This document shows positions 10,881-20,906 of a stretch of DNA of 64,000 nucleotides, one piece after another. Under the pieces are notes generated by a model, which saw only the letters and a program-made list of their open reading frames with translations, was not told where the DNA came from and did not search any database. The first letter of the stretch is position 1; every line of letters begins with the position of its first letter. A program made the position numbers and the translations under genes. The DNA is from an uncultured Candidatus Saccharibacteria bacterium (GTDB lineage: Bacteria; Patescibacteriota; Minisyncoccia; Phycocordibacterales; DATDWN01), in contig CAZRVD010000003.1 in the NCBI GenBank assembly GCA_964603545.1, positions 4,945-68,944 of the forward strand, given 5' to 3'.

Positions 10881-13736
10881 TTATCCTATAACAAAGTTGA
10901 CCAGTCTATTTTTTACAAATATCACCTTTTGTATCGGTTTACCTATAAGCCACTTATCCACACCTGGAACTTCTTTAGCCATATTCACAATCTGCTCTTC
11001 TGTCATATCAAAAGTTACTAAACATTCACCTCTAACTTTGCCATTAATCTGTATTGCCATCTTAACTTCTACTTCTTGTAATTTTTTAGGGTCTGCTTTT
11101 GGCCAAGCTTCTAGAGCAAGTAAATTTTTATGTCCTAACTCTCTCCAAAGTTCTTCCGTTATATGTGGGGCAAATGGAGAAAGAATTTTTAAGAAAATTT
11201 CAAAATCTTTTTTCGAAATCGAATCAAATTTTTCCATTTCGTTAAGCAAAATCATCATGCTGGAGACCGCTGTGTTAAATGCCATTGTTTCAATGTCATC
11301 GGAGACCTTTTTTACAGTTTTATTGAGCAATATTTCAAATTTATCCTGGGATTTACCTTTTTTACTTACTTTTTCTTTAATCCTCCACACTCTTTCAAGA
11401 AACCTCCTAACCCCGAAAATATTGTCTTCATTCCAGGCTATCGGCTCAGAAAAAGGCCCCATGAACATCTCATACATTCGTAAAGTGTCTGCCCCATAAT
11501 GCTTTACTATTTCGTCTGGATTAATAACATTACCCTTTGATTTTGACATTTTTTCTCCCCCTTTTGCCAAAACTAAACCATGCGATGTTCGTTTCTTATA
11601 AGGTTCAGAGAATGGAACTAACTTAATATCATATAAAAACTTATTCCAAAAACGTGAGTATAAAAGGTGAAGAGTAGTATGTTCCATACCTCCGTTGTAC
11701 CAATCAACTGGCATGAAATATTTTAACTTCTTCGGATCAGCTAGTTTTTTGCTATTCTTTGGATCAGTGTATCTTAAAAAGTACCAAGAAGAACCAGCCC
11801 AGTTGGGCATAGTATCTGTTTCTCGTTTAGCAAAACCCTTACACTTTGGACATTTGGTATTTACCCAGCTGGAAATAGAAGCGAGTGGCGACTCTCCTGT
11901 GTCTGTTGGTTCGTACCTTCCTATTTTAGGTAATTTAAGTGGTAATTCTTTCTCTGGGAGTGGAACGACTCCACATTTTTCGCAATGCACGACAGGAATA
12001 GGTTCTCCCCAATACCTCTGACGACTAAAAACCCAATCTCTAAGCTTATACTTTGTAACAACTTTACCTCTTACGAATCTAGTAATCTCTGCTTTCGCTT
12101 TTTCTGAATCCATTCCTGAAAATTTACCGGAATTAATTAAAATACCATCTCCAGAGTAAGTTAACTCTTCTAAAAATGATTGCCAAGCATATTTATGAGC
12201 CTCTGGGGACAGAAACTCCATCATTTCTTTTTTAGATAACCACTGCACCTCATGAATCGCTTGTTCTTCCATTGACATTTCTTCTCTTTTTCCGTCCTGA
12301 AGTTCAAAATACATAGTTTCAAAATGTGCTAATCGATTTACTTTTTTCGGTACGTGGTAAAACTTACTGTGTATTTTTCCAAGATTCTTAATAAACTTTG
12401 GATGCAAATAACCTGTCTCTTGGATAATTTCCGAAATTGCTCCATCTTTCATACTCTGACCTTCTTCTGGTGCACCAGTAATTAATGTCCTCCAATCCAC
12501 TTTTTTCCATTTTAGCCCTATATATTTATCCTCTGACCAATGTTTAACGATTGCCATTACAGCACTTCTTTCAACAAAAGGTACCCCATCTTTAACCTTT
12601 CCTTGTATCGTTTTATCAACAAAAAGAGGCTCAATTACATTTTTAATTTTTATATTGTATTTTTTGGCGAAGTCCCCATCCCTCTCGTCATGTGCTGGAA
12701 CAGCCATTATGGCTCCAGTTCCATACGAAGCCAAGACATAGTCCGCAATCCAAACCGGAATTTGCTCATTGTTTGCAGGGTTTACAGCATGAATACCTTT
12801 TATTTCTACACCAGTTTTATCTTTTTCTTCTTTTGTTCTTTCTATTTCTGTCTTATCTTTAATTTGCTTAAAATATCTTAGAACTTCCTCCTTGTTCTCT
12901 ATTTGAGGCCAAAGTTTCTCAATTACTCCATGCTCTGGAGCAAGAACAAGATAAGTTGCACCAAAAATAGTATCAGGTCGAGTTGTAAAAACTTTTATTT
13001 TTTCACTACTTCTCCAAACATCAAAATCAATCTCACTACCCTCAGACTTTCCTATCCAATTCCTTTGCTGAATTTTAATTTTTTCTAAATAATCTACTGT
13101 ATCTAAGTCCTTATCTAACCTATCTGCATATCTTGTAATTCTAAGCATCCATTGTTCTTTTTCTCTTTTTTCAACTTTTGTTCCACATCTTTCACAACAA
13201 CCATCCACCACCTCTTCGTTCGCCAAGCCTATCTTATCCTTTGGACACCAGTTAATATTTATTCTATCTTTATAGGCTAAATCGTGTTTAAGTAGCTGTA
13301 AAAAAATCCACTGCGTCCACTTGAAGTATTTTGGATCTGTTGTGTTCACCTCACGAGACCAATCAAAAGAAAAACCAAGTGCTTGAAGTTGTCTTCTAAA
13401 TATATCTGTATTCTTTTTTGTAACAACTGCAGGTGGGATACCCGTTTTAATTGAGTAATTTTCAGTTGGAAGTCCGAACGCATCCCATCCTATCGGATAT
13501 AGAACATTAAATCCTTGTGCTCGCCTCTTTCGAGCTATTATATCCATTGCTGTGTTACTTCTAATATGACCTACATGAAGCCCATCCCCAGAAGGATAAG
13601 GAAACTCTATAAGTCCGTAAAATTTCTTTTTTTTAGATAGATCTTTAGCTTGAAAAACTTTCTTTCTCACCCACTCTTTCTGCCACTTTTTCTCTACCGT
13701 TAAGTGATTGTAGTCTTTCTTCATGATTTTCTTCAT
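10881..13736 (-). CDS. leuS: Leucine--tRNA ligase with an internal NUDIX-like insertion
   Basis: FPYPSGDGLHVGH, FTTRPDT, GTGAIMAVPAHD, DWVFSRQRYWG, KMSKS. Confidence 0.97.
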   Translation of the reverse strand: MKKIMKKDYNHLTVEKKWQKEWVRKKVFQAKDLSKKKKFYGLIEFPYPSGDGLHVGHIRSNTAMDIIARKRRAQGFNVLYPIGWDAFGLPTENYSIKTGIPPAVVTKKNTDIFRRQLQALGFSFDWSREVNTTDPKYFKWTQWIFLQLLKHDLAYKDRININWCPKDKIGLANEEVVDGCCERCGTKVEKREKEQWMLRITRYADRLDKDLDTVDYLEKIKIQQRNWIGKSEGSEIDFDVWRSSEKIKVFTTRPDTIFGATYLVLAPEHGVIEKLWPQIENKEEVLRYFKQIKDKTEIERTKEEKDKTGVEIKGIHAVNPANNEQIPVWIADYVLASYGTGAIMAVPAHDERDGDFAKKYNIKIKNVIEPLFVDKTIQGKVKDGVPFVERSAVMAIVKHWSEDKYIGLKWKKVDWRTLITGAPEEGQSMKDGAISEIIQETGYLHPKFIKNLGKIHSKFYHVPKKVNRLAHFETMYFELQDGKREEMSMEEQAIHEVQWLSKKEMMEFLSPEAHKYAWQSFLEELTYSGDGILINSGKFSGMDSEKAKAEITRFVRGKVVTKYKLRDWVFSRQRYWGEPIPVVHCEKCGVVPLPEKELPLKLPKIGRYEPTDTGESPLASISSWVNTKCPKCKGFAKRETDTMPNWAGSSWYFLRYTDPKNSKKLADPKKLKYFMPVDWYNGGMEHTTLHLLYSRFWNKFLYDIKLVPFSEPYKKRTSHGLVLAKGGEKMSKSKGNVINPDEIVKHYGADTLRMYEMFMGPFSEPIAWNEDNIFGVRRFLERVWRIKEKVSKKGKSQDKFEILLNKTVKKVSDDIETMAFNTAVSSMMILLNEMEKFDSISKKDFEIFLKILSPFAPHITEELWRELGHKNLLALEAWPKADPKKLQEVEVKMAIQINGKVRGECLVTFDMTEEQIVNMAKEVPGVDKWLIGKPIQKVIFVKNRLVNFVIG

Positions 13737-13750
13737 ATAACCATGTTACA

Positions 13751-13786
13751 AAAAAATCACCCCTTAGTCCATAAGGGGTGATTTTT
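13751..13786. terminator. Intrinsic terminator
   Basis: AAAAAATCACCCCTTA-gtcca-TAAGGGGTGATTTTTT. Confidence 0.8.
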
Positions 13787-13795
13787 TATTTTAAC

Positions 13796-14722
13796 CTAGT
13801 AACCTAAAGGCTTCGGGTACATCGCTGTGTTTATTTTTTGTTCAAAACAATGTCTTCCAGCTGGGTGTGTCCAGATGACATCTCCGTAATATGGATAAGC
13901 TTGGTTGTTAGTTAGTTGTTCATCAGATGCCTTGTTGAATTCCGCACAAAGTGAATACGTCAGAGTTCCTGTTTTTACATACTCGTAGGGTTTCTGGCTT
14001 TGTGGATCAACCATCGAACCATAGTAGGCAGCTGCCTTAAGTTCATCTACGTTATTTGGTAACTTTGAATTTGTTGCGTAATAAGTTTGTACCTGACTGT
14101 TTAAATTCTGTAAATCACTTAGTTTTTGCTGGTCGTATTTATACAATCTTTGTGTCCGAGGAGAACCTAAAACTGAAAAACCCCAGACTATAGAGCCAAG
14201 AACAATTACAAAAGCAAAAATTCTCCACATATTTCTAGATTTTGGAGTCAGTTTTCCTCTTATATCAGAAATATAATATGTAAACACCCCTCCAGTTATA
14301 ACTAATAGGACAAGGACCTTTAGAATGAAGCCTGTAGTGAGTTCCTGTCCATCAATAAAGTAGTAAAGGACTGTGATAAGATCTATCGCGAGAGCTACCC
14401 CCGCAATAAAAAGTGTTAGAAATGTTAACCATTTGTGTACTCCAGCATTTTTTCTCTCAGGATCAGAGTCATAGTCCTTCGCTAAAAGCCACATTAACAA
14501 AATAAATATTGGGAAAAATATTGCCAGGATAGAAACAGGCCACGATATAGAGCTACTACCAAAATAATAATAACCGTTAGTTATTTGTGGATATGCCTTG
14601 TTAATAACAGAGAACAAAAGAGTAACCAGACTTCCCACTACCGTGTACAGGGAAATAGTTGCTCCCAAGTTTAAGAAAAAATCCTTAACGTTACTTTTTG
14701 ACTTCATTGTTGTTGGTTCCAT
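13796..14722 (-). CDS. Multi-TM membrane protein (DUF5671-like) with a pilin-like C-terminal domain
   Basis: Five hydrophobic segments; GSPRTQR..D...LSDL; DPQSQKPYEY; YSLCAEF. Confidence 0.7.
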   Translation of the reverse strand: MEPTTMKSKSNVKDFFLNLGATISLYTVVGSLVTLLFSVINKAYPQITNGYYYFGSSSISWPVSILAIFFPIFILLMWLLAKDYDSDPERKNAGVHKWLTFLTLFIAGVALAIDLITVLYYFIDGQELTTGFILKVLVLLVITGGVFTYYISDIRGKLTPKSRNMWRIFAFVIVLGSIVWGFSVLGSPRTQRLYKYDQQKLSDLQNLNSQVQTYYATNSKLPNNVDELKAAAYYGSMVDPQSQKPYEYVKTGTLTYSLCAEFNKASDEQLTNNQAYPYYGDVIWTHPAGRHCFEQKINTAMYPKPLGY

Positions 14723-14742
14723 AAATTTTTATTAATTAATAA

Positions 14743-15144
14743 TTATTCTGTTGTTGTGCCTTCAAATTCGGCTTCATTTGCCATAGCGTCTACCTTTGTT
14801 TGCCGTACTATACCGTCCTTATGGTGAGCTGGGCTATATATAGTGTACATCTTTAGAGCCGTATTACTACTAGTGTTTATGACATTGTGTGTAGCTCCTT
14901 TTGGTATAACCACGGCATCCCCGTCTGCCACCTCATACTCTGTTTGATTTATAACCACCTTTCCTTTCCCTTCTTCAAATCTAAAAAACTGGTCGTTATC
15001 AGGGTGAACTTCACCACTAATCTCCTCTCCAGGAAGAAGACTCATAAGAACCAGTTGTGATTGTTCTCCTGTGTACAAAACCTTTCTAAAATTTGTATTT
15101 TCCCTTGTTAATTTTTCTATATTATCTTTGTATCCTTTTTTCAT
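14743..15144 (-). CDS. Cupin domain protein
   Basis: EVHPDNDQFFRFEEG, IPKGATHNVIN. Start reassigned to ATG 15144, 7 nt after TATAAT. Confidence 0.88.
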   Translation of the reverse strand: MKKGYKDNIEKLTRENTNFRKVLYTGEQSQLVLMSLLPGEEISGEVHPDNDQFFRFEEGKGKVVINQTEYEVADGDAVVIPKGATHNVINTSSNTALKMYTIYSPAHHKDGIVRQTKVDAMANEAEFEGTTTE

Positions 15145-15171
15145 AACCGTATTATACCACACTTTGAACTT

Positions 15172-15373
15172 ATCGAGTTTAAAATTTAAATGCAGTTCTA
15201 GGCAGACAAGAAAAATGAGAGGAGTGAGAAATGATGTGCATCATTTCGCAAGACTTTGAACGTTCTGTAATCAGAATGTGAAAAGTGTACAGAACCTGTA
15301 AGGTTTACAAGTAGTAAGGTGACGAACATTTTTTGAAGTCCAACAACGAAATGCGTTAAATTTTAAACTCGAT
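15172..15373. repeat. Palindromic hairpin element, copy 2; the outer arm is an inverted copy of the ychF 3' end
   Basis: ATCGAGTTTAAAATTTAA (15172-15189) is the exact reverse complement of 15356-15373; core shared with 7280-7403. Confidence 0.75.
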
Positions 15374-16453
15374 CACATCGCCGTCTTGGACTATGTATTC
15401 TTTTCCTTCTGTACGTACCAGCCCTTTTTCACGAGCAGAACCATACGAACCAACAGAAAGTAAATCATCACAATGCACAACTTCTGCTCGAATAAATTTG
15501 TCTTTAAAGTCCGTGTGGATAGCTTGACCCGCAACAGGTGCTGTAGAGTCACGCAATATTGTCCAAGCACGAGTTTCATCTTCTCCAGTTGTAAAGTATG
15601 TTATTAAGTTAAGAAGTTTATAGCCACCCTTAATTAAACTATCTATTCCATCGTCTTTTCCACCAAGTTCGACTCTAAAAACTTCTTTCTCCTCACCCTC
15701 CAAATCTTTTAATTCATTTTCTATGTTGGCGTCAATTATTACGTATTGATATTTATTCTCTTTAAAAAATTCTAAAAGTTTTTGAAACCTTAGGTCATTT
15801 GTTTCATCTAAGTTTTTTCCGCCTGCTTTTTTGTTAAGTGCGTACATTATTGGTTTAAATGTTAAAAGATTTAACATTTTTACAACAAATTTTTCTTTTT
15901 CATCTATTTCTAAGCTATTTACAAGTTTTCCTTCTTTTAAATGAGCCAAGACTTTTTGCAAAACTTCATTTTCAAAAACCGCCTCCTTTTTTCCTGCTTT
16001 TACGTCTTTTTGTAGATTACTGAGACGCTTTGTAACAGTATCTGTGTCTACTAACATAAGTTCAAAGTTTATAACTTCAATATCTGAAAGAGGGTCTATC
16101 ATTCCATGAACATGAATTACTTTGTCATCTTCAAAAATTCTTACCACCTCTACAATAGCATCAACTTCTCTAATGTTTGCTAGAAACTTATTGCCAAGAC
16201 CCTCTCCTTCACTCGCGCCCTTCACAAGCCCTGCGATATCAACAAATTCAACTACTGCTGGAATAGTTTTTTTTGATTTAGAAAATTCTGAAAGTTTCCA
16301 AAGTCTAGGATCTGGCACAGGAACAATACCTACAGATGGATCAATAGTACAAAAAGGATAGTTCTCTGCAGGGACAGACTTTTTTGTAAGTGCATTAAAA
16401 AGCGTGGACTTACCCACGTTTGGCAAACCGACAATTCCGATTGAAAGTGACAT
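15356..16453 (-). CDS. ychF: Redox-regulated ATPase YchF
   Basis: [49 protein letters not shown]. Confidence 0.97.
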   Translation of the reverse strand: MSLSIGIVGLPNVGKSTLFNALTKKSVPAENYPFCTIDPSVGIVPVPDPRLWKLSEFSKSKKTIPAVVEFVDIAGLVKGASEGEGLGNKFLANIREVDAIVEVVRIFEDDKVIHVHGMIDPLSDIEVINFELMLVDTDTVTKRLSNLQKDVKAGKKEAVFENEVLQKVLAHLKEGKLVNSLEIDEKEKFVVKMLNLLTFKPIMYALNKKAGGKNLDETNDLRFQKLLEFFKENKYQYVIIDANIENELKDLEGEEKEVFRVELGGKDDGIDSLIKGGYKLLNLITYFTTGEDETRAWTILRDSTAPVAGQAIHTDFKDKFIRAEVVHCDDLLSVGSYGSAREKGLVRTEGKEYIVQDGDVIEFKI

Positions 16454-16518
16454 GATTGCTACTATACATCAAAACTACATTTTTTTAAACATGGTACAAT
16501 TTTATTAGAGAGGTGTGC

Positions 16519-16587
16519 ATGAAAATCTTTTGCGCATTGCTTATGCTCCTTATTACATCATTCACCGCAAAAGCTTTTTTTTATTAA
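16519..16587 (+). pseudogene. Signal-peptide-only remnant (22 aa, MKIFCALLMLLITSFTAKAFFY)
   Basis: GAGAGGTG SD, TGGTACAAT upstream, AxA cleavage motif, then a poly-T run and a stop. Confidence 0.4.
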
Positions 16588-16591
16588 AGAA

Positions 16592-16625
16592 AAGGCCGGT
16601 CACACGCATTGCATGACCGGGCCTT
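16592..16625 (-). terminator. Terminator of the GC-rich unit
   Basis: AAGGCCGGTCA...TGACCGGGCCTT with an adjacent T-rich run on the minus strand. Confidence 0.7.
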
Positions 16626-16652
16626 GAACCCCCTCGACCGAAGCCGAGGAAC

Positions 16653-17678
16653 TTACTGCGGGGTGTGCTCGTGTATCGCCACTGCACTCAAGAGGTCTTG
16701 AGTGAGTGGAATGAGCGGAATCTTACCGTAGGTCAGAAATTGGTCGAGTGGTACCCACCCGCTGATCCAGGCCTTCCGTGCCTTGACGATTGCCAGGACG
16801 GTGTCGAGGTTGACCACGCACATGTGGAACCGCGGATTCTCCCACTGATTCTTCTCCCTGTTCAGTGTGTACATGTTGCCGATGAAGTAAAACGAGGCGG
16901 TTGAGGCCGGCTCGATGTTCGTCCATCGGAACGGTGCGACTTCTCCTCCCCGAGTGAAGCCGATGACTTCCTTCTTGTTGAGGTTGAAGAGTACCATCAC
17001 GTCCGTTTCGGGCGTGAACATGTACAGCCACTCACAGGGGCCATCCGGAGCTGGCACGGTGCCTGTGACGGTATTCGCCGTCACCACGAGACCTGGAATC
17101 TCGAAGTCCGCATGAACCTGCTTGAGGCGTTCACACATCGCGATCGTTCCCGGAGGGCCTGCCGGACCTTGCGGACCAGTTGCACCGGGAACGCCCTGTG
17201 GACCCATGGGGCCAGCCGGTCCGGGAGGTCCCGGAGGGCCGGGTTCACCATTGACCTGGTTCAGAAACCAGATCACGTGCCCAACGTACGCTCCAGCTTT
17301 AAGCTGGGTCACGCCGTTGTTGAACACCGATTTGGTGATCACGTCAACTCCATTCACCTTTTCGATAGTGTAGACCCATGCGTCGACCAGTCCCGGTGAC
17401 ACCTGCTTGACGCTGATGTTGTGAAGAGCTCCGCCCACCACGTGGACGACCTTGCACTGCCCGATTCCGAGACGTGCCGTTGTCAGCACTCCGAGGGACT
17501 CAATGCGGTAACCTGCGTAGACATTGCTACGCAGATCCTCGCAGATTTGAACGACCTCATATGTTGGCACCCCTGAAGCGTCCTCACCGACGGCTGGAAC
17601 GTTGGCCTGGGCACCTTCGGCCAACAAGTTCATGCCCAGAAAGATCGCGAGCCAGAGAACTGCCTTTATCACCTTCAT
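16653..17678 (-). CDS. GC-rich secreted protein with a collagen-like Gly-X-Y repeat
   Basis: Start at ATG 17678 after a GGGAG SD; signal peptide; about 11 GXY triplets ([33 protein letters not shown]). Confidence 0.8.
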   Translation of the reverse strand: MKVIKAVLWLAIFLGMNLLAEGAQANVPAVGEDASGVPTYEVVQICEDLRSNVYAGYRIESLGVLTTARLGIGQCKVVHVVGGALHNISVKQVSPGLVDAWVYTIEKVNGVDVITKSVFNNGVTQLKAGAYVGHVIWFLNQVNGEPGPPGPPGPAGPMGPQGVPGATGPQGPAGPPGTIAMCERLKQVHADFEIPGLVVTANTVTGTVPAPDGPCEWLYMFTPETDVMVLFNLNKKEVIGFTRGGEVAPFRWTNIEPASTASFYFIGNMYTLNREKNQWENPRFHMCVVNLDTVLAIVKARKAWISGWVPLDQFLTYGKIPLIPLTQDLLSAVAIHEHTPQ

Positions 17679-17753
17679 CACTTTCTTTCTCCCTTGCCAA
17701 CTTAATGGCTTTTTGCACTGCCGAAAATGGCAACACAAATCTGTTCTGTGCGC

Positions 17754-17782
17754 ACCGTAGCACCTTTCACAATTTTTGTCAA
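17754..17782 (-). promoter_or_regulatory. Sigma70 promoter of the collagen-like gene
   Basis: TTGACA-17 nt-TACGGT with TG extension. Confidence 0.6.
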
Positions 17783-17794
17783 GAGGTACTCCTA

Positions 17795-18019
17795 CTACAT
17801 CAAACTCTTTAAATCTGACTCATATTTTTTAACAACATTCATTGTGGCTGTCATTTGGTCCAAACCTTTTTTCATTTCTTCCTGTACCTCAAGTCCAATT
17901 TTTTCAAAAAGCTGTGGATTTTTCTCTAACATACTAAAAATCTTTTCTTGTTCGGCCTGCGGAACACCTTTCATTTTTGAAGCCAGCATTTTTTTTATAA
18001 AAAAATTTTTTATTGACAT
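17795..18019 (-). CDS. Small helical hypothetical protein
   Basis: Host-like composition; probable start MSIKNFF, 7 nt after TATTAT. Confidence 0.65.
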   Translation of the reverse strand: MSIKNFFIKKMLASKMKGVPQAEQEKIFSMLEKNPQLFEKIGLEVQEEMKKGLDQMTATMNVVKKYESDLKSLM

Positions 18020-18079
18020 AGGGCTCATAATATCAACAAATAAACTAGTCGTCCACATAAGTTATGTTATGATATTTAT

Positions 18080-18874
18080 ATGTCCTGGAAAACAACGATT
18101 ATATTCTTCACTCTGTCAGTTGGTGGCCTTATCGGAATGATGACTTACTATAATCTAGATTTTTCTCTCCTTACTTCCCTTTCCTTTTATGAAAGTCTAG
18201 CAAATCCTTCTATTAGAATTGTAAAAGTGCAAGAGGGTCTCCGAAAAGAAGAAATAGCGGAAGTAGTGGGAACGAAACTTAGTTGGAGTGAGAAGGAGAA
18301 GACAAACTTTATAAATGCCCACCTAGCTCTAAACAGTGACAACTTGGAAGGAAAATACTTTCCAAAAACTTATATGTTAGACAAGGACGAGGACCCGATG
18401 GGAGTAACCGCCCTAATGCTAAAACAATTTTCTAAAGAAACTTCGACAATAAAAAAACAAAAAACAATGCAGGTGGTAAACCAGGACACTGCGGTAATTA
18501 TTGCATCAATCATTCAAAGAGAAGCTGCGGGTAAAAGAGATATGAAGTTAATCTCTGGGATTATTTGGAATAGACTTTGGAAAGGTATGAAACTCCAGAT
18601 GGATGCTACGCTACAATATGCAAAAGGTAGTGAGGAAGAAGGTTGGTGGATGAGAGTGGAATCCGCAGATAAGAAAATAGATTCTCCATATAATACTTAC
18701 ATAGAAGAAGGTCTCCCTCCATCTGCCATAGCAAATCCGGGGCTAGCCGCACTAGACGCTGCTTACAATCCACAAAAAACATCTTGCTTGTTTTATCTAC
18801 ACGACAAAAAAAGGAATATTCATTGCGCCAAGACATACGAGGAGCATAAGAGAAATATAAAGAGATATTTATAA
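18080..18874 (+). CDS. mltG: Second MltG/YceG-family lytic transglycosylase
   Basis: EGKYFPKTY, IASIIQRE, LQMDAT, SPYNTY, GLPPSAIANPG. Confidence 0.88.
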   Translation: MSWKTTIIFFTLSVGGLIGMMTYYNLDFSLLTSLSFYESLANPSIRIVKVQEGLRKEEIAEVVGTKLSWSEKEKTNFINAHLALNSDNLEGKYFPKTYMLDKDEDPMGVTALMLKQFSKETSTIKKQKTMQVVNQDTAVIIASIIQREAAGKRDMKLISGIIWNRLWKGMKLQMDATLQYAKGSEEEGWWMRVESADKKIDSPYNTYIEEGLPPSAIANPGLAALDAAYNPQKTSCLFYLHDKKRNIHCAKTYEEHKRNIKRYL

Positions 18875-18993
18875 TAGTTGCTAGTAACTAGTTGTTAATT
18901 GCCAGTATTAATTTCTAGTTAGCAACCAAAAAACCCACAAAGTGAGTCTTTTGATTGCTACAACCTAAAACCTATCACCTAACCACTATTTTA

Positions 18994-19902
18994 TTACCAA
19001 GCTAGGAAATTCCACCAAGGTCTACCAGAAACTGTAGTTGTTCCGGTTGCTGAAATTGAGTAAGTAATCTCAGGTGTTACTGGGAAAAGGAAGAGTAGTC
19101 TTGCTTTTCTTTTTGCCTTAACTTCATAAGTCGCAGGCGCATCATCTGTACTTTCTACTTTTACAGCAGAGACAAAACTTTCATCAGCTTTTAGTTCCAA
19201 AACTGGTGGATTGTTAAATCCTCCAACTTTTGCTCCAGGACTTGTGGCACTACCGCCTCCGCCAGAAACAGGTTTGTCTGGAACGCAATTACCATTTGCA
19301 CAAATAGAACAGTTTTCTCCCTCTTCACCATTTGGACAAATTATAATCTTATCGACATAATTTATTGTTCCCCGACCAAAATCTCTTCCCACAGGAATGA
19401 TTCCAGGCCCAGGTGTTGGAGTAGGTGTTGGACCTCCTGAAGTATCATCGTCTCCATCACTGTCATCTGCTTCAGCAACACTAACACTAAAAGTAGCACT
19501 AGTATCTGTTATATTTGCAACTTTTACCTTAAGAGCTAGAGCATTTACAGAACCGCCTTCGCTTATGGTAAATGTCTGACTATAAGCTGGAGCTCCTAGA
19601 CATCTTGGGTCAGCATTTGGTCCACACCCACCAGCAGTTGAGATATTTACTTGAACACTTCTGTTTCCACTAGACGGATTAACTGGATTTCCTAGAGGAC
19701 AAGGAGTCATGCTTGGGACACAATCACCAACACTAGAGCTTACTTTTAGAAGCTCTATCTGCATATTTTGATAATTGGTAATAGTTACTTTCTCACCAAC
19801 TTTTAAAGAAAAAGTTGAAGGATAGTTAACTGAACTGTCAGCATAGGCTACTCCAGCAGAAAGTAGTAATGCAAAAACCCCCACTAATAATGTTTTTTTC
19901 AT
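18994..19902 (-). CDS. Secreted Cys/Pro/Gly-rich hypothetical protein
   Basis: Signal peptide (AYA), PT linker, C-terminal ARLLFLFPV...RPWWNFLAW. Confidence 0.7.
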   Translation of the reverse strand: MKKTLLVGVFALLLSAGVAYADSSVNYPSTFSLKVGEKVTITNYQNMQIELLKVSSSVGDCVPSMTPCPLGNPVNPSSGNRSVQVNISTAGGCGPNADPRCLGAPAYSQTFTISEGGSVNALALKVKVANITDTSATFSVSVAEADDSDGDDDTSGGPTPTPTPGPGIIPVGRDFGRGTINYVDKIIICPNGEEGENCSICANGNCVPDKPVSGGGGSATSPGAKVGGFNNPPVLELKADESFVSAVKVESTDDAPATYEVKAKRKARLLFLFPVTPEITYSISATGTTTVSGRPWWNFLAW

Positions 19903-20064
19903 TTTTTTAAAATTTTAAATAATTATAACTAGCTAAATAATACCACCAAAAGTGGATTTTGGGAATGGTTATCCACACATCTGGTGCTAACTGTATAGAC
20001 GCTTTGGCACGGTGAATATTACATAAACAACAAACCGGGCGCTTTTGGGCGACCGGTTGCAGGT

Positions 20065-20244
20065 TTACTGCGGGAGACCAGGAAAAATCCCCGCAGTCAT
20101 AGACGTCTTGCTCGAGGCAAGAATCGTCTGAATAGTATCAAAGAACGCCAGAAGGGTTCGTTCGATACCAGAGAAAATCTCTGGGGTAAGGAACTTAATC
20201 GTGATAATTAGCATTCCAAACCCAACAGTTCGTAGTATTTTCAT
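20065..20244 (-). CDS. Small membrane protein, 59 aa (not in the ORF track)
   Basis: MKILRTVGFGMLIITIKFLTPEIFSGIERTLLAFFDTIQTILASSKTSMTAGIFPGLPQ; terminator at 20033-20058. Confidence 0.6.
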   Translation of the reverse strand: MKILRTVGFGMLIITIKFLTPEIFSGIERTLLAFFDTIQTILASSKTSMTAGIFPGLPQ

Positions 20245-20473
20245 ACTTTTGTTGTAGAGGGAGAGACCTAAGTTACTGTTCCGACAAACAGTAACCTGAT
20301 ATTGCTAATTACCAGATTGCCCCCCTCATCCACGATGACCAATAAATTGATCAGAATGGAAGAAAAGAGGTTCCGATTTATCCGTACGCCAGCTTGCCAG
20401 CGTTTTAGGATTGTTTAATTATCAAATAACTTACGCCCGCATTATACCACACATTCAATGAAAAAAGCAATGC

Positions 20474-20887
20474 CTATTTTAAGACTTTAATATAGTAGTC
20501 AGAGCTCCCATATAGGGTATACTCTCCACCACTAGTCCTTTCAGCATAAACTTCTGCTTTTTTACCAATATGTTGCTCCACTTCACTAATAGAATCTACT
20601 CCTATAAGATTACCTGCTTCTTGATCAGGCAAAAGCCTACCTCCAGAAACAACGATGATCTCTTTACCATCAACTGTTACACTACAGACGCCATCAAAAA
20701 TACAGTCGAGTTTAACTCCAGTAATATTTCCTACCCATTTCACACCCTTACCACCTACTTCTGTACTAGAACTAGATTCTTGTGAGATTATAAAATTTAC
20801 CAATGGGTCAACCCAATACTTTTGGGTGCTAAGTAATCCCAGACCTATGATTATGAGAATTAAAAGTATTACTTGTATAAATCTCAT
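20474..20887 (-). CDS. Membrane-anchored hypothetical protein
   Basis: N-terminal TM; CIFDGVC motif; OB-fold-like beta pattern. Confidence 0.65.
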   Translation of the reverse strand: MRFIQVILLILIIIGLGLLSTQKYWVDPLVNFIISQESSSSTEVGGKGVKWVGNITGVKLDCIFDGVCSVTVDGKEIIVVSGGRLLPDQEAGNLIGVDSISEVEQHIGKKAEVYAERTSGGEYTLYGSSDYYIKVLK

Positions 20888-20906
20888 CCTGTTAATTGAT
20901 TATGGA

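Noticed and set aside
10897-11499. 200-aa plus-strand ORF and similar antisense ORFs over housekeeping genes
   Set aside because: They lie antisense to well-supported genes (leuS and others) and have no recognisable motifs.
19969-19977. DnaA box TTATCCACA (and near-matches at about 57080-57100) as oriC
   Set aside because: The boxes are isolated, with no cluster and no dnaA/dnaN nearby.
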